NCBI GenBank assembly: GCA_033763675.1 | Contig: JANRJZ010000042.1 | Coordinates: 976 to 64,975 of the forward strand | DNA length: 64,000 bases | DNA from: Gemmatimonadota bacterium | GTDB lineage: Bacteria > Gemmatimonadota > Gemmatimonadetes > Gemmatimonadales > GWC2-71-9 | Direction: 5' to 3' | Shown: positions 54,641 through 62,427 of the stretch, one piece after another | Layout of the letters: the number at the start of each line of letters is the position of its first letter | How positions within the stretch are numbered: the first letter of the stretch is position 1 | Made by a program: the position numbers and the translations under genes | Notes under the pieces: generated by a model | Told to the model about the DNA's origin: nothing | Databases searched by the model: none | The model's input: only the letters and a program-made list of their open reading frames with translations

Positions 54641-56201
54641 GGTCCCGGCCCAGGTCGTCGAGCGGCGGGAGCCCGGTCGCCGCGCGCTGCGGTCCCCACG
54701 CGCCCCCGGGCCGGACCCGGCGGTAGAAACCCTCCAGCACCTCGGGCCGCTCCGGCGGCGAGAGCAGCATGACCGGCAGCCACACGGCGAGGCTGCCGAA
54801 GGCCGTGACGGCCAGCTTGACGCCGAAGCCAAGCGCGGCGTAGGCGGGGACCAGGCTCGCGAACGCGATGACCAGGGCCGCCCCCATGGCCGCGATTTCC
54901 GCCCAGGCGTTGATCCGCCACCAGAACCAGCGCAGCAGCAGCACCAGCCCCGGCCCGGTGCCGATCAGGATCAGGAACCGGAACACCGTGCCCACGTCGT
55001 CCATGAAGAACGACACCGCCGCCGCCAGGACGGTGAGCCCGATGGAACACCACCGCGCCGCTGCCATCAGCTTCCGCTCCTCCGACACACCGGCGAACCG
55101 GGCGTAGAGGTCGTTCACCAGGTAGCTGGCTCCCCAGTTGACCTGGGTGGAGACGGTGGACATGAACGCCGCCAGCAGGCTGGCAAAGACCAGCCCGAGG
55201 AGCCCGGGCGGGAGGTATCGCAGCATGAGGATGGGATACGCGAGTTCCGGATCCTCGAGCCCCGGCAGGAGGAGCAGGGCCGCCAGTCCCACCAGGATCC
55301 AGGGCCAGGTCCGCACCACGTAGTTGAGGATGTTGAAGGCGTGGGTGGCCCGCTCCGCCTCCTGCTCATTGGCCGTGGCCGACAGCCGCTGCACGAACAT
55401 CCCGCCACCATCGCTGTTGCGGAACGCCCACCACTGGATGCCCAGGTACCCGAGCAGCGTGGTGAGCGGCAGGAGCGCGTCCTCGCCCCGGGGCACCAGC
55501 TGCAGGTGGGCGCCCTTCCCCGCCGCATGCAGCCCCTCGACCAGCGCGCCGACGCCGCCCACCTCGTGCAGGGCGTAGAACATCACGATGAGGGCCCCGG
55601 CCATCGCCAGCACGTACTGGAGCAGGTCGGTCACCACGACGCCCCAGAGCCCCGCAACCGCGGTGTAGGCCACGGTGATGATGACGATCGGCATGATGGC
55701 CCAGAGCCGGTCGTCCCCCGGGAGTCCCTGCAGGTTCTGGAGCAGCCCCAGCCCCTCCATCACCTTCCGCAGCGCCAGCATGCCGTAGCCGATGGAGATG
55801 CAGTTGAGCGGCACCGCGAAGAGAAAGGCGCGAAAGCCCCGCAGGAATGCGGCGGGATGACCGCCGTAGCGCAGCTCCGTGAGCTGCAGGTCGGTCATGA
55901 CGTTGGCGCGGCGCCAGAGCTTGGCGAGGAGCACCGCCAGCAGCACGTGCGCCAGGGCGAAGCACCACCACTCCCAGTTGCCGGCCACGCCCCGTCGCGC
56001 CACCACCCCCGCCACGTAGAGCGGGGTGTCCACGTTGAAGGTCGTGGCCGCCATCGAGGTGGCGGCCAGCCACCACGGGATCGCGCGGCCACCGACGAAG
56101 AACTCGGCCATGTTCCGGGCGCCCCGGCGCGCCACCCAGAGCCCCAGGGCCAGGCTGGCGCCGAGATAGAGCGCGACGACCAGCCAGTCAAGCAGGGTCA
56201 T
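54555..56201 (-). CDS. sodium:solute symporter (SSS) family transporter, paralog 2
   Basis: Start MTLLDWLVVALYLG at 56201 overlaps the nagZ stop (ATGA). SSS N-terminus AEFFVGGRAIPWWLAATSMAATTFNVDTP. It is the last gene of the murQ-anmK-nagZ string. Confidence 0.85.
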   Translation of the reverse strand: MTLLDWLVVALYLGASLALGLWVARRGARNMAEFFVGGRAIPWWLAATSMAATTFNVDTPLYVAGVVARRGVAGNWEWWCFALAHVLLAVLLAKLWRRANVMTDLQLTELRYGGHPAAFLRGFRAFLFAVPLNCISIGYGMLALRKVMEGLGLLQNLQGLPGDDRLWAIMPIVIITVAYTAVAGLWGVVVTDLLQYVLAMAGALIVMFYALHEVGGVGALVEGLHAAGKGAHLQLVPRGEDALLPLTTLLGYLGIQWWAFRNSDGGGMFVQRLSATANEQEAERATHAFNILNYVVRTWPWILVGLAALLLLPGLEDPELAYPILMLRYLPPGLLGLVFASLLAAFMSTVSTQVNWGASYLVNDLYARFAGVSEERKLMAAARWCSIGLTVLAAAVSFFMDDVGTVFRFLILIGTGPGLVLLLRWFWWRINAWAEIAAMGAALVIAFASLVPAYAALGFGVKLAVTAFGSLAVWLPVMLLSPPERPEVLEGFYRRVRPGGAWGPQRAATGLPPLDDLGRDLRRWLAWSVVILGGMLALGALLLRRPAP

Positions 56202-57631
56202 TCCGGGCTTCCCTGCCGCACCCCCAGCCAGCGGGCCACCGCGTGCTGCATGAGCGGCTGCCGGTGCCACGCCACCAGCACCGGCGGCCCCGCCGGGATC
56301 TCCGCCAGCAGCCGTTCGTGGGCAAAGAGCACCACCAGCGCCGCGCCCGGCACGGCCGTGGCCAGGGCCGCTCGCGAGTCGGCGCCGAACCCCGCCCGGC
56401 CCTTGGCCGCCCGGGGCTCGGCGAACGCCAGCACTACCCGCGGTGCGCCCCGGCGCTCGAACACGCCCCGGGCCGCAAGCCGCCGCCGCACCAGGTCACT
56501 CGGGCCGGGAGCGTACCAGCCCCCCTGATCATCGTCGATCACCTGCAACTCGAAGCCGCCAGAGAGATCGGGGAGGTCGCCCCGGTGCAGGCCCGTGGCC
56601 AGCAGCCGCGCGGCGACCGCGTCGGCGCCGGCGTGATCGGGCGCGAGGGGCGTCTGCGCCTGCTCCACGGCGGCAACCGCCGCGTCATACCGGGCAAGGG
56701 AGGTCCCTACCTGGGCAGGGGACAGTGTCCCGTCCGCTGCTGCCGCAGTGAGCGCCGCGATGGTTCCCGGGATGTCGCCGGGATAAAGCAGCAGGTCGCA
56801 GCCGGCGCGGATGGACGCGACCGCGGCCTCCGGCTCTCCCCGGCCGGCGCGGGCACCGCTCATGATGAATGCGTCGGTCACGATCAGCCCCTGGAAGCCG
56901 AGCCGCGCGCGGAGATGCCCCAGGATCACCGGGGAGGAGGTGGCGGGTGCGCCGCTCGGATCCCAGGCGGGGAACGCGACATGCGAGGTCATCACCGCCC
57001 CCACGCCGGCGGCCACCGCGGCCCCGAACGGGACGAGGTCACTGGATTCGAGCTGGCTGCGCGAGAGGGGTACCGCCGGGAGGGTATCGTGGGAGTCGTG
57101 CCGGGTCCGGCCGTGGCCGGGGTAGTGCTTGGCGCAGGCCACCACGCCCTCGCGCTGACAGGCCTCGATCCAGGCGGCCACCTGCCCGCCCACTCGCGCC
57201 GGGTCCGCCCCGAATGCCCGGGTCTGGACGATCGGGTTCTCGGGCTCGAGGTCGAGGTCGGCCACCGGGGCGAAGACCCAGTTGATTCCGACCGACCGGG
57301 CGTCCCGTCCGGTGGTGGCGCCGGCCCAGGTGATGACCCCGGGATCGTCGAGCGCGGCCAAGGCCCGCGGGGGCGGCACCTCCGTCAGTCCCCGCGCCTG
57401 CTGCCCTGCGCCGCGCTCGAGATCGGCGCCGATCAGGACCGGGCGGCCGGCGGCAGCTCGGATCTCCGCGGTGAGGGCCGCGACCTCGTCCGCGCGGGCA
57501 CCCGGAACGCCAAAGATGATGAAGCCCCCGACCCCCAGGTCGAGCGCCCGGCGCATGGCCCCGAGTTCGTGATGGAAGCCGGTCTCCCGGCGCCAGCGAA
57601 GGGCCGGAAGGACCAGGCGGGCCAGGGTCAT
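56198..57631 (-). CDS. nagZ: beta-N-acetylhexosaminidase NagZ (GH3) with C-terminal extension
   Basis: Start MTLARLVLPAL at 57631 overlaps the anmK stop (ATGA). GH3 motifs KHYPGHG and LIVTDAFIM. At about 477 aa it is longer than the roughly 340 aa typical of NagZ. Confidence 0.85.
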   Translation of the reverse strand: MTLARLVLPALRWRRETGFHHELGAMRRALDLGVGGFIIFGVPGARADEVAALTAEIRAAAGRPVLIGADLERGAGQQARGLTEVPPPRALAALDDPGVITWAGATTGRDARSVGINWVFAPVADLDLEPENPIVQTRAFGADPARVGGQVAAWIEACQREGVVACAKHYPGHGRTRHDSHDTLPAVPLSRSQLESSDLVPFGAAVAAGVGAVMTSHVAFPAWDPSGAPATSSPVILGHLRARLGFQGLIVTDAFIMSGARAGRGEPEAAVASIRAGCDLLLYPGDIPGTIAALTAAAADGTLSPAQVGTSLARYDAAVAAVEQAQTPLAPDHAGADAVAARLLATGLHRGDLPDLSGGFELQVIDDDQGGWYAPGPSDLVRRRLAARGVFERRGAPRVVLAFAEPRAAKGRAGFGADSRAALATAVPGAALVVLFAHERLLAEIPAGPPVLVAWHRQPLMQHAVARWLGVRQGSPE

Positions 57632-58737
57632 GCCGGAGTCACCTGCCCCAGCACCCGGGGGCCGCTGGCACCGGTGGCGGTCGCGACATTCACCGGCTGG
57701 CCGTGGATGGTCAGGTAACCCAGCAGCGCGAATGCCACCGCTTCCTTGGCGTCTCCGTTGAAGAAATGCTCCTCGAACCGGCGCAGCCGGAGCCCCCGCG
57801 CGGCGAGCAGCGCCACCAGCCGCTCCCGCAGCACCGGGTGGTGCAGGCCGCCGCCAGAGGCGACGACCTCCGGTGTCCCCGGCACCCAGCGGGCGATCGC
57901 CTCGGCGATGCTGCGGGCGGTCAGTTCCACGGCCGTGGCCACCCCATCGGGGCCGGGCGCGTCCCGATGGATGCGCTCCGCCACCGCGAGCCCGAAGCGT
58001 TCCCGCCCGGTGCTCTTGGGAGGAGGTGCGGCAAAGAACGGATCCGAGAGCAGGGTCTCGAGCAGCGCCTCCCGCGCCCGGCCGCGGCGCGCCAGCTCGC
58101 CGTCGTGGTCGAAGCGGAGCGAGCGATCCACCATCCGGGCGACGGCGTCCACCAGTGCCACCCCGGGGCCGGTATCGAAGGCCAGCACTCCCGCCTCCTC
58201 GGCCCGCCGGGGGACGTACGTGAGGTTCGCCATCCCGCCGATGTTGAGCAGGACCCGCGGCTGCTCCGGGTGCCCGAAGAGGAGCATGTCGGCGATCGGC
58301 ACCAGTGGCGCCCCCTGCCCTCCCGCCGCCACGTCCCGCGCGCGGAAGTTGCTCACCACGCGCACCCCGAAGCGCTCCGCCAGGACCGCGGGCTCTCCCA
58401 GCTGCCAGCTGGTGGCCGGCGGCTCGTGCCAGATGGTCTGCCCATGCATGGCGATGAATCCCAGGTCCGAGGCGCGGGTGTGGGTCTCGCCGAGCACCGC
58501 CTCGACCGCTTCCGTGGCCCACTCGGAAAGCCGCACGTGCAGCAGCGCCAGCTCCCGCGCGCCGCCCGCGGCGATGGCGGTGAGGATCTGCTCCCGTTCC
58601 GCCGCGCTGTACGGCCGGCTCTCAAAGCCGAGCAACTCGCAGCTGGTGGGACCGTCGAGCCGGACCAGGGCGGCGTCCACCCCGTCGAGCGAGGTGCCCG
58701 ACATCAGTCCGACGGCTAGCGTGGGGCGTTCGGTCAT
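57628..58737 (-). CDS. anmK: anhydro-N-acetylmuramic acid kinase
   Basis: Start MTERPTLAVGLMSGTSLDGVDAALV at 58737 overlaps the murQ stop (ATGA). Characteristic AnmK N-terminus plus the NIGGMAN motif. Confidence 0.9.
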   Translation of the reverse strand: MTERPTLAVGLMSGTSLDGVDAALVRLDGPTSCELLGFESRPYSAAEREQILTAIAAGGARELALLHVRLSEWATEAVEAVLGETHTRASDLGFIAMHGQTIWHEPPATSWQLGEPAVLAERFGVRVVSNFRARDVAAGGQGAPLVPIADMLLFGHPEQPRVLLNIGGMANLTYVPRRAEEAGVLAFDTGPGVALVDAVARMVDRSLRFDHDGELARRGRAREALLETLLSDPFFAAPPPKSTGRERFGLAVAERIHRDAPGPDGVATAVELTARSIAEAIARWVPGTPEVVASGGGLHHPVLRERLVALLAARGLRLRRFEEHFFNGDAKEAVAFALLGYLTIHGQPVNVATATGASGPRVLGQVTPA

Positions 58738-59660
58738 GGCGTCACCACCGCCGGCGGATCGCCGACGATGGCCCGGAGGTGGCCCTGATGTTCCGCCAGG
58801 AGCCGGGTGGCCTCCGCCAGCGAGACTCCTCGCCGTTGCATGACGATGGCCGGCTTGACCTGCCCCTCCGCGGCCTGAAGCAGCACCCGCGCGGGTTCCC
58901 GTCCGATCCCGGTCGTTTCCATGAGGATCCGTTCGCTCCGGTCCTGGAGCTTGGCGTTCCACGCCTTGAGGTCCACCATCAGGTTGCCGTAGGTCTTGCC
59001 CAGCCGGATCATCGCGCCGGTGGTGAGCAGGTTGAGCGCCAGCTTGGTGGCGGTCCCCGCCTTGAGCCGGGTGGAGCCGGTGACGACCTCCGGCCCCACC
59101 AGCAGGGTGATGCACACGTCGCAGCTTTGGCGCAGGGCGGCAGGCGGCTCGGAGCAGCTCACCAGGGCGGTCCGCGCCCCGAGCGCCCGGGCCCGCCCCA
59201 GCGCCGCGCCGACGAACGGGGTGGTCCCGCTCGCCGCAATGCCGATCACGACGTCCCCCGCGGCCACCCGGTGGCCGTCCATGATGGCCGCCCCGGCGGC
59301 GGTATCATCCTCGGCGCCCTCCACCGAACGGAACATGGCCTCCGGGCCGCCCGCGATGAGCCCCACGATCATCCCGGGGTCGGTGCCGAAGGTGGGCGGG
59401 CACTCGGCCGCGTCGAGCACGCCGAGCCGGCCACTCGTGCCGGCCCCGACGTAGAAGAGGCGGCCTCCAGATCGGAAGGCCGCCTCGAGCAACTCGATCG
59501 TCCGGGCGATTTCCGGCTTCATCCGCGCCACCGCCTCGGGTACCCCCGCATCCTCGGCGGTGACCAGCTCCACGATCTCCAGCGGGGTGGCGCGGTCGAT
59601 CTCCGCGGTGCGCGGGTTGCGCCGCTCGGTGAGCCGGGAGTCGAGATAGGTATCGGTCAT
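58734..59660 (-). CDS. murQ: N-acetylmuramic acid 6-phosphate etherase
   Basis: LTERRNPRTAEID N-terminus, a SIS domain (GAGTSGRLG), and a conserved E-containing C-terminal region. Confidence 0.9.
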   Translation of the reverse strand: MTDTYLDSRLTERRNPRTAEIDRATPLEIVELVTAEDAGVPEAVARMKPEIARTIELLEAAFRSGGRLFYVGAGTSGRLGVLDAAECPPTFGTDPGMIVGLIAGGPEAMFRSVEGAEDDTAAGAAIMDGHRVAAGDVVIGIAASGTTPFVGAALGRARALGARTALVSCSEPPAALRQSCDVCITLLVGPEVVTGSTRLKAGTATKLALNLLTTGAMIRLGKTYGNLMVDLKAWNAKLQDRSERILMETTGIGREPARVLLQAAEGQVKPAIVMQRRGVSLAEATRLLAEHQGHLRAIVGDPPAVVTP

Positions 59661-59718
59661 TGGTGGGCGCGGGGGGCGCGACCTAAATTAGGTGTAGTCG
59701 GTCCACCCCAGCAATGAC

Positions 59719-61491
59719 GTGCCTTCCCCAGACCGCGAGGCCCGCGTGCGGCTGCGCCCCCTGTTCCTGCTGTCCCTGACCCTCCCCCTCCTCGGCGCAT
59801 GCGCCTCCTCCACTCCGCGGGGGCCGGCCACGGCACCCGCCAGCGCCCGGGGTGTCAATCCCGACTGGCCCCTCGCCGGCAAGGCCCGGGTAACGGAGGG
59901 GCGCCGGGCCATGGTGGTCTCCGGCAGCCCGCTTGCGAGCGAGGTGGGGCGCCAGGTGCTCGAGGCCGGGGGCAACGCGGTGGACGCCGCGGTGGCGGTC
60001 GGCTTTGCCCTGGCGGTGGTGCACCCGGAAGCCGGGAACATCGGTGGCGGCGGCTTCATGGTGTTCCGGATGCAGGACGGCACCAACGCGGCCCTGGACT
60101 ACCGCGAGGCCGCGCCCGGCCGCGCCAGCCACGACATGTATCTCGATCGCGCCGGCGAACCGACCGCGCTGTCCGACAAGGGTCACCTGGCGGCCGGCGT
60201 GCCGGGTGCGGTGGCCGGGATGCTGGAGGCCCATCGTCGCTTCGGCAAACTGCCGCTCACCGACCTGGTCACCCCAGCCATCCGTCTGGCCGCAGAGGGC
60301 TTCGTGGTGGATGAGTACCGCAGCCGCTCCATCGACAACTATCGCGCGTGGCTGTACACCTTTCCGGCCTCACGCCGGTACTTCCTGCCGGACAGCGGCC
60401 AGGCGCCGGCACCAGGGAGCCGCTGGGTTCAGGCGGACCTGGCCCGGACCCTCACGGCCATCCGCGACCACGGGGCCGACGGCTTCTACAGGGGTTGGGT
60501 GGCCGACTCGATTGTGGCGGAGATGGACCGGGGCGGCGGCCTGATCAGCCACGCGGACCTTGCGTCCTACCGCGCCGAGTGGCGCGAGCCGCTCCGGATC
60601 AGCTATCGCGGCTACACCATCTACTCCATGCCCCCCGCCTCCTCCGGCGGCGTTACCCTGGGCCTGATGCTCAATATCATGGAGGGGTACGACCGGCTCC
60701 CCCCCTTCGGCTCCGCCGCACTGCTGCACCGCGAAGCCGAGGCCATGCGGCGGGCCTTCACGGACCGGAACACCTACCTCGGCGATCCGGCGTTTGTCCG
60801 GATGCCGCTGGAGCGGCTGCTGTCCAAGGAGTACGCGGCCACGCTCCGGCAGCAGATCGACCCGAAGCGCGCCACGCCCACCCCACCCTTCGATCCCACG
60901 CTGCGGGACGGCAACTCCACCACCCACTATTCCGTGGTGGATGCCGACGGCAACGCTGTGAGCTGCACCACGACGCTCAACGACAGCTACGGCAGCGCGG
61001 TGGCGGTGTCGGGCGCCGGGTTCCTGCTCAACGACGAAATGGACGACTTCACCACCGCGCCGGGGCGGCCGAACGGCTACGGCCTGGTGCAGGGGGAAGC
61101 CAACGCGATCCAGCCGGGAAAGCGGATGCTTTCCGCCATGACCCCGAGCATCGTGCTGGACCGCGAGGGCAAGCTGCTCATGGTCGTGGGCACTCCCGGG
61201 GGTCCCACGATCATCACCCAGGTGTACCACGTGATCTCCAACGTCATCGACCACGGAATGTCGCTCCCCGATGCCGTGGCGGCGCCCCGGATGCACCACC
61301 AGGCGCTTCCGGACGAGGTGCGGCTGGAACGAAACGGCTTCCAGCCCGGCGCCATCGCCGAACTGGAGGCGCTGGGTCACTCGCTGGCGTACCGCGGGCG
61401 GTGGGGCGACGTCGAGGCGATCATCCGGACACCCACCGGGTGGCAGGGCGTCTCGGACCCGCGATTGGGTGGGGGGGGAGCGGGGTACTGA
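59719..61491 (+). CDS. ggt: gamma-glutamyltransferase (lipoprotein-type signal)
   Basis: Lipobox LLGAC, the autoprocessing site GNSTTHYSVVD, and GGPTIIT/PRMHHQ motifs. An alternative GTG start is near 59746. Confidence 0.95.
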   Translation: MPSPDREARVRLRPLFLLSLTLPLLGACASSTPRGPATAPASARGVNPDWPLAGKARVTEGRRAMVVSGSPLASEVGRQVLEAGGNAVDAAVAVGFALAVVHPEAGNIGGGGFMVFRMQDGTNAALDYREAAPGRASHDMYLDRAGEPTALSDKGHLAAGVPGAVAGMLEAHRRFGKLPLTDLVTPAIRLAAEGFVVDEYRSRSIDNYRAWLYTFPASRRYFLPDSGQAPAPGSRWVQADLARTLTAIRDHGADGFYRGWVADSIVAEMDRGGGLISHADLASYRAEWREPLRISYRGYTIYSMPPASSGGVTLGLMLNIMEGYDRLPPFGSAALLHREAEAMRRAFTDRNTYLGDPAFVRMPLERLLSKEYAATLRQQIDPKRATPTPPFDPTLRDGNSTTHYSVVDADGNAVSCTTTLNDSYGSAVAVSGAGFLLNDEMDDFTTAPGRPNGYGLVQGEANAIQPGKRMLSAMTPSIVLDREGKLLMVVGTPGGPTIITQVYHVISNVIDHGMSLPDAVAAPRMHHQALPDEVRLERNGFQPGAIAELEALGHSLAYRGRWGDVEAIIRTPTGWQGVSDPRLGGGGAGY

Positions 61492-61519
61492 CTCCGGGAC
61501 CCCATGACGGGAAGCGAAC

Positions 61520-61547
61520 GGGGGGCCAAGGCATGCCTTGGCCCCCC
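61520..61547. terminator. bidirectional palindromic terminator hairpin between convergent ggt and the lipoprotein gene
   Basis: Perfect 12-bp stem GGGGGGCCAAGG / CCUUGGCCCCCC with a CAUG loop. On the plus strand it is followed by GUCUGUUG. It lies 29 nt after the ggt stop and 20 nt after the minus-strand gene's stop. Confidence 0.5.
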
Positions 61548-61566
61548 GTCTGTTGCAGCTGCCGGC

Positions 61567-62367
61567 TTACCTGGTAACGGTGAAGTCCGACGTCAGGGTG
61601 AAGATCACCTTGAAGCCGGGCGCCACGATCACGTCGCGGTCCGCGGTCTGGTTGGCCAGCACCGCGCCGCCTACCGCCCCGGCGATGCCGCCGACCACGG
61701 CCCCGGTCTTCCCTCCCACGACCTTGCCGGCCACCGCGCCGCCAGCCGCGCCGGCCCCGACCCGCACCGCGCCGCCGGCCGTAACGCCCTGTCCCTGGAG
61801 GTCGTGCTCGATGAACTTGGTGCCCGCCTCGGCGCTGATGGGATAGCTCGAGCCGCCGATCGAGACCTCCTGGGCTGCGATCCGGACCCGGCCGTCCGCG
61901 TCATTCTTGTTCTTGGCCGGCTCCAGGATCATGACCTTGAAGGTCACGACCGAGCCCGCGGGGATGGCCACCCGGCCATTGGCGTCCTTCATGTCCTGGG
62001 CGACGGTAACCCGAAAGGTCTTGCCGACCTTGTCGTGCCGGGAGTGCAGCGAATCGTTGGCGGTCCCTTCAATGGTGGTGCCTGAGGCGAGCGTCATGGT
62101 CCGGGTCGCCGGGGCCGAGGGGGCCGGGGTGGGCGCCGGGGTGGTGGGCCGGGGCTTCGGTGCCGCCGGCGTGGGATTCTGCGGTGTCGGGGCCGGTGCC
62201 GGCGCGGGCTGCTGGCCCGTGGGCTGATCGTTCAGGGCCGTGGTAGACTCTGCCGGGGCGAGCTCGAGATCACGGGCCAGGCTGTCAGCGGCCGCCTGCT
62301 GGTCGCCACCCTTGCCGCAGGCGATGAGCGCCGTCAGGGCGAGACCGGCGGTGAATTTCCGAAACAT
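61567..62367 (-). CDS. lipoprotein with Pro-rich linker and C-terminal glycine-zipper region
   Basis: Start MFRKFTAGLALTALIACG (lipobox) at 62367, residue 220 of track ORF 61567..63024. Glycine zipper GAGAAGGAVAGKVVGGKTGAVVGGIAGAVGGAV. Confidence 0.6.
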   Translation of the reverse strand: MFRKFTAGLALTALIACGKGGDQQAAADSLARDLELAPAESTTALNDQPTGQQPAPAPAPTPQNPTPAAPKPRPTTPAPTPAPSAPATRTMTLASGTTIEGTANDSLHSRHDKVGKTFRVTVAQDMKDANGRVAIPAGSVVTFKVMILEPAKNKNDADGRVRIAAQEVSIGGSSYPISAEAGTKFIEHDLQGQGVTAGGAVRVGAGAAGGAVAGKVVGGKTGAVVGGIAGAVGGAVLANQTADRDVIVAPGFKVIFTLTSDFTVTR

Positions 62368-62427
62368 GGAACCTCCCTCTCCAGATGGCTTGCCCCGCGC
62401 CGAGCGCCGGGGCGACATTGTGGAACG

